From NCBI GenBank assembly GCA_963845755.1, contig CAWJTV010000039.1:288001-352000 (forward strand): 64,000 nt of DNA, read 5' to 3'. The DNA is from an uncultured Planctomycetota bacterium. Its GTDB lineage: Bacteria; Planctomycetota; Planctomycetia; Isosphaerales; Isosphaeraceae. Below are positions 12,105 to 22,973 of this stretch, one piece after another (within the stretch, counting starts at the first letter, position 1; the number at the start of each line of letters is the position of its first letter). A program made the position numbers and the translations under genes. The notes below the pieces were generated by a model, which was given only the letters and a program-made list of their open reading frames with translations, was not told the origin of the DNA and made no database searches.

Positions 12105-12992
12105 TCACCCCAGCCCGATCGACCGTAGATACTCATGCGTCCGCCGGGCGATCGGCAACGGCTTGTCGAAGGGGGCCGGGTACATGTCCTGCTCGACGGT
12201 CGCCCAGCCGTCGTAATCCGCCTCGCGGAGTGCGTCGCGGAAGGCGATGAAGTCCACGGTGCCGTGATCCGGCTCGCAGAACATGTCGTTGCCCACGGCG
12301 ATGGCGAACGGGATCCGCTCGCGCTCGACCCATTGCTGCTTCTGCGGGTTGACGCTCTTCAGGTGCAGGTAGCGGATGCGGGCGTGATGCCGGCGGAAGA
12401 AGGCGACCGGGTCGCCTCCGCGATAGGCGTGATGTCCCGTGTCGAAGCAGAGCGAGACACGCCCCGGGTCGGTCTGTTCGAGGAATGCCTCGATCTGGTC
12501 CTCGTACTCGACGTGTGTCTCGGCGTGCGGGTGATAGACCAGTTGCAGACCGAGTCGGCTTGCGGCGAGGTCGGCCGCGCGATGGGTGGTGTCGATCAAT
12601 CGTTTCCAGCCGTCGTCATCGAGTCGCGACGTCCGGGTGGGTTCACCGGTGAACAGGTTGGAATACGTGTCGTCAATCAGCACCATGAACCGGCCGCCCA
12701 GCGCGGCGGCGAGCTCACCGCCGCCGAGCATTTGCCGCTGAAGCTCGGGCCAGACGGCGGGGTCTTCCAGGTGGACCATGGTGAAGGCGGCGGTCACCTT
12801 GAGCCCGCGCCGATCGAGCTCGGCGAGGAGGTTATTCGGGTCCGTGGGCATATAGCCGTACGGGCCCAGCTCGGTCCACTCATAGCCGGCCTCGGCGATC
12901 TCGTCGAGGAACCGCTGCCAGGGTGTCTGCTTGGGATCGCTGGGGAACCAGACGCCCCAGGAGTCCGGCGCGCTGCCAATTCGGATGTTCAT
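12105..12992 (-). CDS. iolE: 2-keto-myo-inositol dehydratase-like (xylose-isomerase-like TIM barrel)
   Basis: 'APDSWGVWF', 'TELGPYGY', 'YHPHAET', 'FDTGHH', 'HLKSV', 'VEQDMYP' motifs. Downstream of iolD. Confidence 0.8.
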   Translation of the reverse strand: MNIRIGSAPDSWGVWFPSDPKQTPWQRFLDEIAEAGYEWTELGPYGYMPTDPNNLLAELDRRGLKVTAAFTMVHLEDPAVWPELQRQMLGGGELAAALGGRFMVLIDDTYSNLFTGEPTRTSRLDDDGWKRLIDTTHRAADLAASRLGLQLVYHPHAETHVEYEDQIEAFLEQTDPGRVSLCFDTGHHAYRGGDPVAFFRRHHARIRYLHLKSVNPQKQQWVERERIPFAIAVGNDMFCEPDHGTVDFIAFRDALREADYDGWATVEQDMYPAPFDKPLPIARRTHEYLRSIGLG

Positions 12993-13094
12993 GATTGGGA
13001 ATTCCTAAGAAAATCGAGAATCTTGAACACGAAATACACGAAAAATGCAAAGAAAAAGAATTATTAAATTCGCTACAATCAATTTGAATTTTTC

Positions 13095-14325
13095 GGTGGT
13101 GTCCTATGGAATTTGAACGCAGTAAGTTCTTCGTGTATCATGGGTTCCTCGACATGACCCCATTTGCTCTGGTCCCAGGATCATGGAGGCACTGCCATGG
13201 AGGATCTTTCCGGCTTCTGCTGCCAGCGTGCGGATTGCCCCGATTACGGCCTGCGTGGGCTCGGCAACCTGTCGGTCTGCGGCACCTACGGCCAGGGCCA
13301 GCCCATCCGCCAGCTCTACTGTCGCACTTGCAAGGCCCGTTTCTCCGAGCGCAAGGGTACGCCGCTGTACCGCTCCAGCTTGCCCCGGGAGACGACCATC
13401 TCGCTGATCGAACATCTCGCCGATCGCACCGGGGTGCGGGCCACCGCTCGACTCCTCGGTGTGCACCGCGACACGGTGGTACGTTACCGCCGAGTCCTGG
13501 GCGAGCACGCCCGGCAACTCCACGACGAGCTCGTGGCTTTTTCCCCCTCGGACGGAAGAGGTCCAGTTCGACGAGAAGTGGTCGTTCGTGTTCAAGAAGC
13601 AGGAGCACTGCGACCCGGGCAATCCGGCTGATGACCAGCATGGGGATTGGTGGGACCACACCGCCTACGATCCCGAGCACAAGCTGGTCCTTTGCGTCGT
13701 CCCCGGGGCGCGTGGGGCCGAGGAGGTCGAGGCCGTGGTCGCCGCGGCCAAGCAGCGGACAGGAGACCACCCCGTGAGGCTGATGACCAGCGACGACTAC
13801 CCGGCGTACAAGGAGGCGATCCTGCGCATCTACGGGAGCGAGGTCACCGCGACGCCGACGGGCCGCGACAGCAAGCGGATGGTGCCTGAGAAGGTACCGC
13901 CGCCGGAGCTGACCTACGCCACGGTCGAGAAGCGGCGGCGGCGGGGTCGGGTGGTGGAGATCCTGGTCCATCTGATCTTCGGCACGCTGGCGGCGCTGGC
14001 CAAGGCGTTGCGGCTCTCGAAGGTGAGCCGACAGGTCAACGTCTCGTTCCTGGAGCGGTACAACGCGACCGACCGGCACAAGAACGCCCGGAAGGTGCGG
14101 AAGACGTACACGTTCTCGAAGGATTGGCGGGTGCACGAGTCGATGACCTATTTTACGATGTACAGCGATAACTTCTGCTGGCCTGTGAGGACGTTGGAAT
14201 ATCGGGACGACGATGGCCGGGTGCGAAAGAGGTCACCGGCGATGGCTGCCGGCCTGGCCGACCACGTCTGGACGATGCGTGAGTGGATCACAATGCCATC
14301 TGTTCAAATTGCGTAGGACACCACC
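13095..14325 (+). mobile_element. Complete IS1-family insertion sequence (1,231 bp)
   Basis: 24-bp terminal IRs GGTGGTGTCCTAtggAATTTGAAC / GGTGGTGTCCTAcgcAATTTGAAC (2 mismatches). 8-bp target duplication AATTTTTC at 13087-13094 and 14326-14333. Confidence 0.92.
13197..14316 (+). CDS. IS1-family transposase in two overlapping ORFs (InsA-like Zn-finger/HTH 13197..13631 plus InsB-like DDE ending 14316)
   Basis: ORF A 'CQRADC...CRTCKARFS...GVRATARLLGVHRDTV'. ORF B 'QFDEKWSFV...TSDDYPAY...LERYNATDR...SPAMAAGL'. Junction at GCT TTT TCC CCC T (13536-13548). Confidence 0.85.
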
Positions 14326-14374
14326 AATTTTTCGTGTATTTCGTTTATTTCGTGTTCAATTCCCGGTGTTTTTT

Positions 14375-16271
14375 TCAGTAATAATACCGCTGGACCCGCC
14401 GGCGATCGCGTTCGAACTCCGCCCGTAGCTCGCGGGTCTTGGCGTCCTGGCTGACCTCGGCCGGAGCCACGTCCCACCACGCTCCACCACCCGGCAGGAA
14501 CCGGTGCTTCTCGGCTTCGACAACGATCACACAGGTCCGCGGCTCGGCGCGAGCCTCGTGTAGGGCCTGGCGGAGCTGCGCGGGCGTCTCGACGTGCCAG
14601 GTTCGGGCTCCGAAGCTCGCGGCGTTCGCGGCCAGGTCGATCGGCAGGTATCCTCCTTCGAGTCGGTTGGTCTCCGGATCGCGGCGCCGGAACTCGTTGC
14701 CGAAGCTGACCCCCGTGCGCCACATCTGGAGCCGGCGGATGCACTGATATCCGTGGTTCTCGGCGAGGACGATCGTGAGCTTGAGACCCTCTTGCACGGC
14801 GGTTACGATCTCGGTCGGGTTCATGAGATACGTGCCGTCGCCGATGAGGACGTAGACCTCGCCTTCGGGTTGGGCCAGGCGGACGCCCAAGCCGGCAGGG
14901 ATCTCGTAACCCATGCACGAGTAGCCGAACTCGATGTGGCAATCGCGTCCGCCGGTGGAGTCCCACAGCTTGAGCAAGTCACCCGGCGGTCCGCCCGCGG
15001 CGCCAATGACGGTGTCGCCGGCCGTCGCTTCGCCGTTGAGCACTCCGATCAGTTCGCCCTGACTCATCGCCTCGCCTTCGTGATGCGTGTAGACCTCGCT
15101 CTGCATCTTCTCGGCCCAGGCACGGCGGGCGGCGGCGACCTCGTCGCGGTAAGCTGGCCGCGGCCGAATCCCGGCCCCAGCGGCGGCCTGGTTCAGGGCT
15201 CGCAAGGCTTCGCGGGCATCGGCGAGGATCGGCAAAGCCGCTTGCTTGTACGCATCGTGGCCGCAGACGTTGATGCTGACGAACCGGACGCCCGGGTACT
15301 GGAAGCACGATTGCGACCCAGTGATGAAGTCGGTCAAGTCGGGTGCCGACGCAGATCACCAGATCGGCCTGCGCCACGATCGTCGCCGAGGCGCCCGTCC
15401 CCTCCAGGCCGTGGCCGCCCAGCGCCATCGGCGAAGCCTCCTTCATCGCCCCCTTGCCGGCAAAGGTCTCGCCCACGGGAATGCCGAGCGCCTCGGCAAA
15501 CTCCTGAAGCTTGCGCCAGGCTTCCGAATAATGCACGCCGCCGCCGGCGATGATCACCGGCCGCTTAGACTCGGCAATCAGCCCGACCGCCTCGCGAATC
15601 CGCTCGGCATCGGGCGGCCGGCGCTCGACCCGCCATCGACGTTCGCGGAAAAAGTGGGCGGGATAGTCGTAGGCGTGCGCCTGGATGTCTTGCGGCAGCG
15701 CGATCGTGACCGCGCCGGTCTCGGCCGGGTCGGTCAGCACGCGCATGGCCTCGGGCAAGGCGGTCAGGATCTGCTCGGGCCGCGTGATCCGGTCGAAGAA
15801 CCGGCTGACGGGGCGGAAGCAGTCGTTGACGCTGAGATCGGCCGAGACCGGGTGCTCGAGCTGCTGCAACACCGGACCCTGGTGCCGGGTGGCGTAGTAA
15901 TCGGAGGGGAACAACAACACCGGCAGGCGATTGATGGTTGCCGCCGCGGCCCCCGTGATCATGTTGGTCGAGCCGGGCCCGATCGACGCCGTGCAGGCCA
16001 GCGTGGCCAGCCGACGGTTCGCCTTGGCGAAGCCGATCGCGGTGTGGACCATCGACTGCTCGTTGCACGGCTGGTAATAGGGGAGATCCTGACCGCACTC
16101 CTCCAGCGCCTGGCCCATGCCGCAGACGTTGCCGTGGCCGAAGATCCCGAACATCGCGGGGATCAGGCGGCGGGTTCGCCCGTCGCGCTCGCTGTACTGC
16201 GATTGAAGGTACTTCACCACCGCCTGCGACATCGTGAGGCGGATCGTTTCGGGGATGGGAGAGGTGATCAT
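14375..16271 (-). CDS. iolD: 3D-(3,5/4)-trihydroxycyclohexane-1,2-dione acylhydrolase, frameshift near 15335
   Basis: 'RLTMSQAVVKYL', 'GIFGHGNV', 'SIGPGSTNM', 'EFGYSCMGYEI' and the TPP motif 'GDGTYLM...N'. Confidence 0.92.
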
Positions 16272-16320
16272 GGTGTCGTACTCCGTTTGCAGTCTGGTGC
16301 GTGTAGCATGCCTCGGTTTT

Positions 16321-16794
16321 CTATGACCTTTCGCTTGCTCGGCTATAGTACCCCTTGATCCCGATGCCGATTGAGTTGAAGTACCGCCCATCGGGGTCAT
16401 CCTCCGACTCGGGCAACACCGGGCGCCAAAGGCTCAATTCGAGGGCCGGGAAGATGTATGAGAAGCCCAGTTCCGGATCAGTCTCGTCGAAGGGAGCCTC
16501 CTGGACGACGAAGGCCACCAGATCGGTCGCAGAAGTATCGAAGACATCCTTGCCGCGATGGAATGCCTTGAAATCGCCTCCGTCTCCTAATTCGATGTAC
16601 TCGACTCGGGGATCGTCGCCCTCGTAGAAGATTTGAAACTGGTTCTTGTGAAAGGCGTCGGTCTCGTAACGGGATGTGCCTCCCTTGCTGAAACAGAACG
16701 GCTCACGGCCCATCGCGCTGCGAGCCTCATCGCGGGACATGCCCAGGCGGACTGGACCGACACCCACTCCGGGTACCACATCATAATTCGTCAT
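16321..16794 (-). CDS. Hypothetical protein (157 aa)
   Basis: Own RBS (GAGGAG) and ATG. 'MTNYDVVPGVGVGPVRLGMSRDEAR'. The track fuses it to the upstream gene only through a frameshift. Confidence 0.7.
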   Translation of the reverse strand: MTNYDVVPGVGVGPVRLGMSRDEARSAMGREPFCFSKGGTSRYETDAFHKNQFQIFYEGDDPRVEYIELGDGGDFKAFHRGKDVFDTSATDLVAFVVQEAPFDETDPELGFSYIFPALELSLWRPVLPESEDDPDGRYFNSIGIGIKGYYSRASERS

Positions 16795-16817
16795 GGCTGA
16801 CGTCTCCTCATTGCCGA

Positions 16818-18021
16818 TCAGGTCTCGGATGTCAACCCGCCGGAAACCCGCCGGTGCAAATCCGCCCGTGCCAGCACATCTGGCCGCAATTTCACCCCGA
16901 GGCCCGGTCCCAGTTCGAAGGTCGGCGCGACCTTCGCGGATCGGCAGTGGTCGATCGAGCAACTCCAGGTAATAGCCTTCATAAAAGCCCCGCACCGTCT
17001 CCTGGATCATGACGTTCTGGACCGCGGCGCAGAGGTGCAGCGACGCAAACACGTTGATCGGCCCGGTGCAGTCGTGGGGGGTGATCGAAAGGTGATACGT
17101 ATCGGCAAGGGTGGCGATCTTGAGCGCCTCGGTGATCCCTCCGGTCCAGACCACGTCCAGCATGACGATGTGGGCGGCCTGCCGCTGGAGGATCTCGCGA
17201 TAGGCGTATCGCGTCATCCGACGCTCGCTCACGGCCTGCGGGATGCGGCTTTCGCGCACCAGGCGGGCCAGGTCGTCGGCGCTATCGGGCTGGAGGAAGT
17301 CTTCCATCCAGACCACGTCATACGGCTCGAGGGCCCGGGCGATCCGCAGGGCACAGTTCAGGTCCCAGCGCGAGTGGCCCTCGATGGCGATCTGCATCCG
17401 ATCGCCGACGGTCTCGCGGACCTCCTTGACCACCCACAGGCCGGCGTACAGATCGTCCGGCGAGAGGTAATTGCCGGGCGGACCGACGGCCGCCCAACCG
17501 GCCGGTCCGGTGTCGTGGGCCAGCCGCAACTGCGGGGCGAACCGGTCCCAGGGCCAGACCTTCATCTGCCGGATGCCTTGATCTAGCAGCGAGCGCACCA
17601 GCTCGCCGGGCCGCTCGAGGAACGCGTCCTGGTCGGCGTACTTCGGCGTGTTGACGCAGGTGTTGTAAATCGGGATCGAATCCCGGCAGCGCCCGCCAAT
17701 CAGGTTATAGATCGGCTGGCCCAGGTGCTTGCCTAGCAAGTCCCAGAGCGCGATATCCAGGGCCGAGAGCGCGCGCATCTCAGCCCCGGCGAAGCCGAAG
17801 AAGTTGGCGTAGGCGAAGAAGGTCTGCCAGTGCCGCTCGCGGTCGAATGCCGATTGACCTAATAGCAGCGGTGCGACGTAATCGTGGATGACCGCCTCGA
17901 CGGCGCCGGGGACGTGATACGTCTCGCCCAGCCCGACCAGGCCGTCGGACGTATGGATCTGCACCCAGATCAATTGAGGGTGCTCGGGGAGCCGAATCGT
18001 CTCGAGCCGGGTGATCTTCAT
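16818..18021 (-). CDS. Mandelate racemase/muconate lactonizing (enolase superfamily) dehydratase, frameshift near 16920
   Basis: 'GLGETY', 'ALSALDIALWDLLGK', 'EGHSRW...WMED...SER', 'PHDCTGP'. Shifted frame gives the expected C-terminus 'ELGPGLGVKLRPDVL...' with TGA at 16818. Confidence 0.85.
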
Positions 18022-18097
18022 GGCGCCTCCTGACGAACGAATACGGCTTGCTCGCGGACGAGGCCAAGACGCGATGCGCGAACAGCGTTCGGCCTTT

Positions 18098-18157
18098 GTA
18101 GGGTGGGTGAAACCCACCAGGATCGGCCCACGTCTCGGTGGGTTTCACCCATCCTGC
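18098..18157. repeat. REP-like palindrome, family A
   Basis: GTAGGGTGGGTGAAACCCACC...GGTGGGTTTCACCCATCCTGC. Related copies at 47903 and 51142. Confidence 0.8.
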
Positions 18158-18930
18158 CCGGATCTCGGGCAGTCTCGAATCGTCTGGACCGCCGCCCGGA
18201 GCATCAGGCTGAGATCGCCGCCCATCGACAGCCAGTTTACGCCGCGCGCGACCCAGTCCGCCAGGATCTCGGGATCTTCGCCGACGCTGGTCCCGACCGG
18301 GACGCCGGCATCCCGGCATCGGGCGATCACCGAATCGATGACGCCGAGTACGTCCGGGTGCCGGGGTTGGCCGGTCAATCCCATCGAGCCGGCCAGGTCG
18401 TTCGGGCCGAAGGCGATGCTCGCCAGCCCCGGCACGGCGAGGATTTGATCGATGTTCGCGACGGCGTCGATGTGTTCGACCTGCACGATCGGCAGGACGC
18501 GCGCATTCGCCTCGCGGCAGAACTCGGGACCGCCCAGCCGGCCGTATTGCGAGGGACGCCTCGGCCCAAACCCGCGGATCCCCTCGGGCGGATAGAGGCA
18601 CGCGGCCACGGCGCGGCGGACGTCCTCCGCCGTGCGGACCATCGGCACGATCACCCCCGCCGCGCCCAGGTCCAGCACCGGCTTGATCAGCACCGGATCG
18701 TTCCACGGCACCCGCACCAGGGGAGCCGCGCCGGTCGCCCGCGTCGCCATGACGTGCCCCTGAACGGCCTCCAGGCTCAGGACGCTATGCTCCATGTCGA
18801 TCCAGAAGAAATCGAACAACGGGCCGAGTGCCTCGGTGATGGTCGGATCCGTCAGCGAGATGACGGTGCCCAGGCAGAGCCTCCCCTGGCGGAGCTTGTC
18901 GCGGAAGGTTTCGGCATGATCCCATGACAT
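18145..18930 (-). CDS. HpcH/HpaI aldolase family protein
   Basis: 'WIDMEHS', 'VRVPWND...KPVLDLGA.GVIVPMV', 'YPPEGIRGFGP', 'FGPNDL'. Confidence 0.9.
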   Translation of the reverse strand: MSWDHAETFRDKLRQGRLCLGTVISLTDPTITEALGPLFDFFWIDMEHSVLSLEAVQGHVMATRATGAAPLVRVPWNDPVLIKPVLDLGAAGVIVPMVRTAEDVRRAVAACLYPPEGIRGFGPRRPSQYGRLGGPEFCREANARVLPIVQVEHIDAVANIDQILAVPGLASIAFGPNDLAGSMGLTGQPRHPDVLGVIDSVIARCRDAGVPVGTSVGEDPEILADWVARGVNWLSMGGDLSLMLRAAVQTIRDCPRSGQDG

Positions 18931-18973
18931 GGGATGGACTCCATGTTGAGACTCGTAGCCTGGCACGCTCGCT

Positions 18974-19354
18974 TTAGACCTCGGGGATCTGCTGTTTCCC
19001 CTGATCGCTCCTCCAACGCTCCATCAGTCTTGCGAGCCCATCCGCATAGTAGGCAACGCGACGGTCGTCGCATCCGGCCAACGACGAGTTGTTCCAACGT
19101 ATTGCAAGTGGCAATAGCAATAAAACGTACGATGAAATCGCGGCCATCATCATCCCGATCGCAGCGATTCCAATGAAACACGCGAACGACAGGAGGCCTG
19201 GGGGAGGCCCCAGGATTGCCTCGGGCCCCCATACCGTAACGAAGAATCCGACTGCCGCGAATATGCCGAAAAGAAGGCACGCGACGAAGAACGGACAACC
19301 GAGCGTCATGATCAAGACGATCGATAGCAGGAGCCTCTTGCGTCCCCTCGACAT
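18974..19354 (-). CDS. Hypothetical membrane protein
   Basis: RBS GAGGTGG. Two long hydrophobic segments. Confidence 0.6.
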   Translation of the reverse strand: MSRGRKRLLLSIVLIMTLGCPFFVACLLFGIFAAVGFFVTVWGPEAILGPPPGLLSFACFIGIAAIGMMMAAISSYVLLLLPLAIRWNNSSLAGCDDRRVAYYADGLARLMERWRSDQGKQQIPEV

Positions 19355-19437
19355 GTTTCCACCTCGATTGATGTACGAAGCCTCGTCCTCCGACACGGAT
19401 CATCGGATCGCCGGGCTGAGCACCGCGGCCGGTAACA

Positions 19438-19920
19438 TCAATCCCAGCGCGCCTGCGGCTTCTGCTTCCACAACCAGATGATCCAATCCACGTTCTTCGG
19501 CTCACCGCCGAAATCCTTGAGCCGGGTCATGCACTGGCCGCGATGGTGCTGGGTGTGCATCGCCACCTGGACCATCGCCTCGGCCACCGTGATGACGCAG
19601 GGCGGATCGGGAAACCAGGGGATCCGAACGGTCCGCGACAGCGCCTCGGCATCCAGGCTCGCCGCGTAGTCGCGCAGCCCGGCGTGAGACGTCCTGGCGC
19701 GCTCCTTCAACGCCTCGAAGGAATCGGGCGGACCGCTCGGCGGACGCCCGGGCTCCTCGCCGCGCAGGATTGACAGGAATCCTTGCTGCACCCCAATGAT
19801 GTGGCCGACGCGCTGGCGCATCTCCTCATGGTCCCGCGCCGGAGACTTCTCCCAGGCATGGAAGAACACGTCGTTGGCCCATTCCGCGTGGTCCACGATC
19901 TCGCGCAGAAACGTAAGCAT
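19438..19920 (-). CDS. DinB family protein
   Basis: 'HAEWAND', 'HII', 'HTQHHRGQ' metal-binding His motif. Confidence 0.85.
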   Translation of the reverse strand: MLTFLREIVDHAEWANDVFFHAWEKSPARDHEEMRQRVGHIIGVQQGFLSILRGEEPGRPPSGPPDSFEALKERARTSHAGLRDYAASLDAEALSRTVRIPWFPDPPCVITVAEAMVQVAMHTQHHRGQCMTRLKDFGGEPKNVDWIIWLWKQKPQARWD

Positions 19921-20027
19921 AGAAGAGCTCCTTGTATCCCGAACGCAACGCACCGACGTCGTCCACCAAGACGGTCGGGTCGTCTCAGCAGGATCGTCTG
20001 CTCCAACACCCATCGACGATCGGCCGG

Positions 20028-21156
20028 TCAAAGCCGCTTCACGAATTCCTTCATCTTGCCTCGCGTATCGGGCAAGCCGAACTTGTGGAACAGGAAGGTC
20101 ACATTCCCCCAGGTCCACGCCGGGCCGCAATGGGCCAGACGTCGGAGGACGTCCTTCTGGAACTCGGTGAGCTCGCTCGCCTGGCGAGGTCCCTTCGGCT
20201 CGTCGAAGGCGAGGTAGAGGATCGCGCCCACCATCGTGATGCTGCCGCTATCGCCCCCTTGCAGCCGACCCAGGCGCATCGAGCATCCGTGGGACCGTCG
20301 TCTTGGCCGCCGAGGCGCCGAGCCGGGCCAATGCGGCGGTCACGGCCGCGACGACGCTCTCGCCGTCCGACCAGGGAATCTGAAGATACACCTCATCGAT
20401 CGGTCCCGGGTCGGCGATCGCTTCCATGAGCCGATCGACGGCCGCTTCCGGTGTGCGTTGTCCGGCGATGCGCGCCAGCGCAATCGCCGCCGCGATGCGG
20501 ACCGGACGCGCGTGGACGGGATCGAGGTAACGCTCGACCAGAGGGCCGACATCACCCCCGCCCGCGCAGGGCAAGCTCAGGAGGATGCTCGCCTTGACGC
20601 GATCGTCCGCCTCGACTTTCAGGCGTTCTTCCACGCGAGGAACGATCTCCGCGGCACGATCGCGGCCCAAAGCTAGCGTGTAGGCGGCGGAGAATCGGAT
20701 TTCCGGTCGGGGATCATCGAGCAACTTCAAGTAAACCGGAGTGCCCGCCACGACGGCCAGCCGGGCCGATTCCACCCATCCCAGCTCCTCTCGGAGTCGC
20801 TCGTCCCATTCGGATCGTTTCCTCTCGTCTTCGAAGGCCGACGCCTTTTCGAGCAAGGGTCCGTGGACATCGAGATAGGAATTTCCACAGGCGAGCGCCG
20901 CGACGTAGACCAGAAGTTCGGCCTTGTCTTGCACGGTCGCCGATTCCAGCAACTCGATCAAGAAGGGGACGGCATGAGACGTCGCCGAATAGACGGTGCC
21001 CTGATGGATGACATTGCTCCACAACGCCGAGCGCGCCTGCTCGCGAGTCCCAGCCTCGTCCGAGGCCAGGTCGCGAATCAGGTCGGGCACATCTTCCGCG
21101 GGACCATAGGCGTGCTCCAGGCTTGACCAATCGATGCGATCGAGTCCTTCCAGCAT
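20028..21156 (-). CDS. HEAT-repeat protein, frameshift near 20275
   Basis: 'LDRIDWSSLEHAYGPAEDVP...HQGTVYSAT..AVPFL', then HEAT-like repeats. C-terminus in ORF 20028..20279. Confidence 0.75.
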
Positions 21157-21518
21157 GGCAGCCTCCACCAGAAAGTCGTCCGATCCGCGATCCGAAGTCG
21201 TGCCACGTCCCACCGATCATGTTAACACGTACAGGCATTCTGCCGATCATGGCGACGCTTTGCAAGGGATTGGAAACCCCGGCCACCGACCTGAGAGGGG
21301 TTTACCAGAGCCCCAGGAGTAGCGGGCCCCGGCTTCTTCCGGTGCCGGCCCGCGAAAAGCACCCGTTATGGAGAGATGGCGGACTTTTGGAGGTGGATTC
21401 AAGTCTGCCGATCGCGATGACGATATGAATTGCAGGGGCGTTTCTGCTTGGTACTTGCGAGGACTCGGCACGGACGTGAAGCGGATGATCGGCGAACGGA
21501 TGGACAGAGGGATCGCGC

Positions 21519-22910
21519 ATGCCCCTAGCGATGATCGATGGGAGTAATCGGACTCCAGATCGTCGAGGCGGGAGGGGTGGACAGAGCACGCTCATTCTCC
21601 TGATGGCGGCATGTCTCTCGTCGGGCTGTGCGAGTTTATCCCCGTTGGTCCCGGCCGCGCCGGAGGCTCCTCGGCCACTGGCGATGGGCACGCCGGAGGA
21701 GGGGCCCGACCGAAACGATCGCGCGGTCGCCGATCGGGATGGATCGGTGATCAAGGCGTCGATGAGCGAGGCGGCGGTGTCCGAGGCTGTCCAGCCTCCG
21801 TCCGAGGCGGTCGAGGAGTCGGCTGCCGCCGCGTTTCCGGATGGGATGAGCGACGACGACGGTCCGCTCTATCGCTACGACCCGATGCGTGGAGCGGCAA
21901 CCTCGCGGGAGCCGCCACCGAACCGCAACCTGACCCTCCGCGAACTGCTCGGGCTCGGCCGTTCGGACATCGCCGACAAGCCCGACATCGTCGACGTGCC
22001 CCGATACCCGCGGCTGCACGACGACCCCCTGGCCCGGTCGCCCGTACCCAGGGCGGAGCGTGACCGCCTGTTCTTTCCGCCCCTGTCGAACCTCATCTTC
22101 GAGCACAATGACGAGCTGAGCGACGAGGGCGAAGACCTCCGTCTCGAGTCCCTCCGCCGCCGGTCGAACTACGACATCACCATGCCCGGCCCCGACACCG
22201 CCAACTTCCCCAACAGCCCGTACACGCTGCCCAAGGGCCGGATCTACATCGAGAACTCGCCCGCGTCGTTCTACGGCAAGTCGCTGGTCTCGGCGGCCCA
22301 GTATAACTGGGAATTCCTGGTCCGATACGGCCTGACCGACAACCTCGAGTTCCGGCTGTTCTCCAGCGGCTATAGTGCCACCATCGGTAAACCTCCGACG
22401 GCGGGCTTCAGCCCGCTTGCCTTCGACCTGAAGTACCACTTCTGGGACGAGAATCGCGAGAAGCACATCCCTGCCGCCGGGGCCGAGATATACATCTTGA
22501 CCCCCTTCGGTTCCCCGTACTTCAATGGCGGGACCCAGCCCTCGATCTCGCTGCTGCTCGACCACTCGCTTCCCTTCGACGTGATGCTGGAACACAACTT
22601 CGGCCTGACCGGCCTCGAGGATACCTTCGGCGGCGCCGTCTATGTGTTCAGCTACCAGTGGTCGCTCCAGCGCCAGGTTTTCAAGGATTTCGCGGTATTT
22701 ACCCACGGCTTCCTGAACTCCGCCGCTCTGCCCCGGCTGCCGATCTTCCAGCGCGACATCCACACGTTCAAACCCAGCGCGGTCGTCGTCGGGGGCGGAT
22801 TCCAGTGGAACCTGTCAAGACGCCTGGCCCTCTTCGGGAGTTACAACGCCGGACTCACCGTGTTCTCCCCGTCGATCGTCGGCCTGCTCGGGTTTGCCGT
22901 TGCTCTTTGA
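21519..22910 (+). CDS. Putative outer-membrane transporter (MetA-pathway/phenol degradation-like beta-barrel) with lipoprotein-like N-terminus
   Basis: 'LSSGC' lipobox. 'PDTANFPNSPYTLPKGRIYIE', 'VRYGLTDNLEFR', alternating aromatic strands. Confidence 0.7.
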   Translation: MPLAMIDGSNRTPDRRGGRGGQSTLILLMAACLSSGCASLSPLVPAAPEAPRPLAMGTPEEGPDRNDRAVADRDGSVIKASMSEAAVSEAVQPPSEAVEESAAAAFPDGMSDDDGPLYRYDPMRGAATSREPPPNRNLTLRELLGLGRSDIADKPDIVDVPRYPRLHDDPLARSPVPRAERDRLFFPPLSNLIFEHNDELSDEGEDLRLESLRRRSNYDITMPGPDTANFPNSPYTLPKGRIYIENSPASFYGKSLVSAAQYNWEFLVRYGLTDNLEFRLFSSGYSATIGKPPTAGFSPLAFDLKYHFWDENREKHIPAAGAEIYILTPFGSPYFNGGTQPSISLLLDHSLPFDVMLEHNFGLTGLEDTFGGAVYVFSYQWSLQRQVFKDFAVFTHGFLNSAALPRLPIFQRDIHTFKPSAVVVGGGFQWNLSRRLALFGSYNAGLTVFSPSIVGLLGFAVAL

Positions 22911-22973
22911 GCGGTCGAACGAGGTAAGATGTTTTCCGCAGACCGTGCCGTCCCCGCTCCTGGAAAGTGCTGA

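Larger units (their letters stand above)
13023..14359. repeat. AT-rich palindromic repeat (TTGAACACGAAATACACGAAAA arms) split by the IS
   Basis: Left arm ~13023-13044. Right arm TTTTCGTGTATTTCGTTTATTTCGTGTTCAA ~14329-14359 is its reverse complement plus one extra unit. Confidence 0.7.

Noticed and set aside
16321..18117. 598-aa ORF suggesting an enolase fused to an unknown domain
   Set aside because: A frameshift near 16920 hides the normal enolase C-terminus and stop (16818), and the downstream part has its own RBS and ATG.
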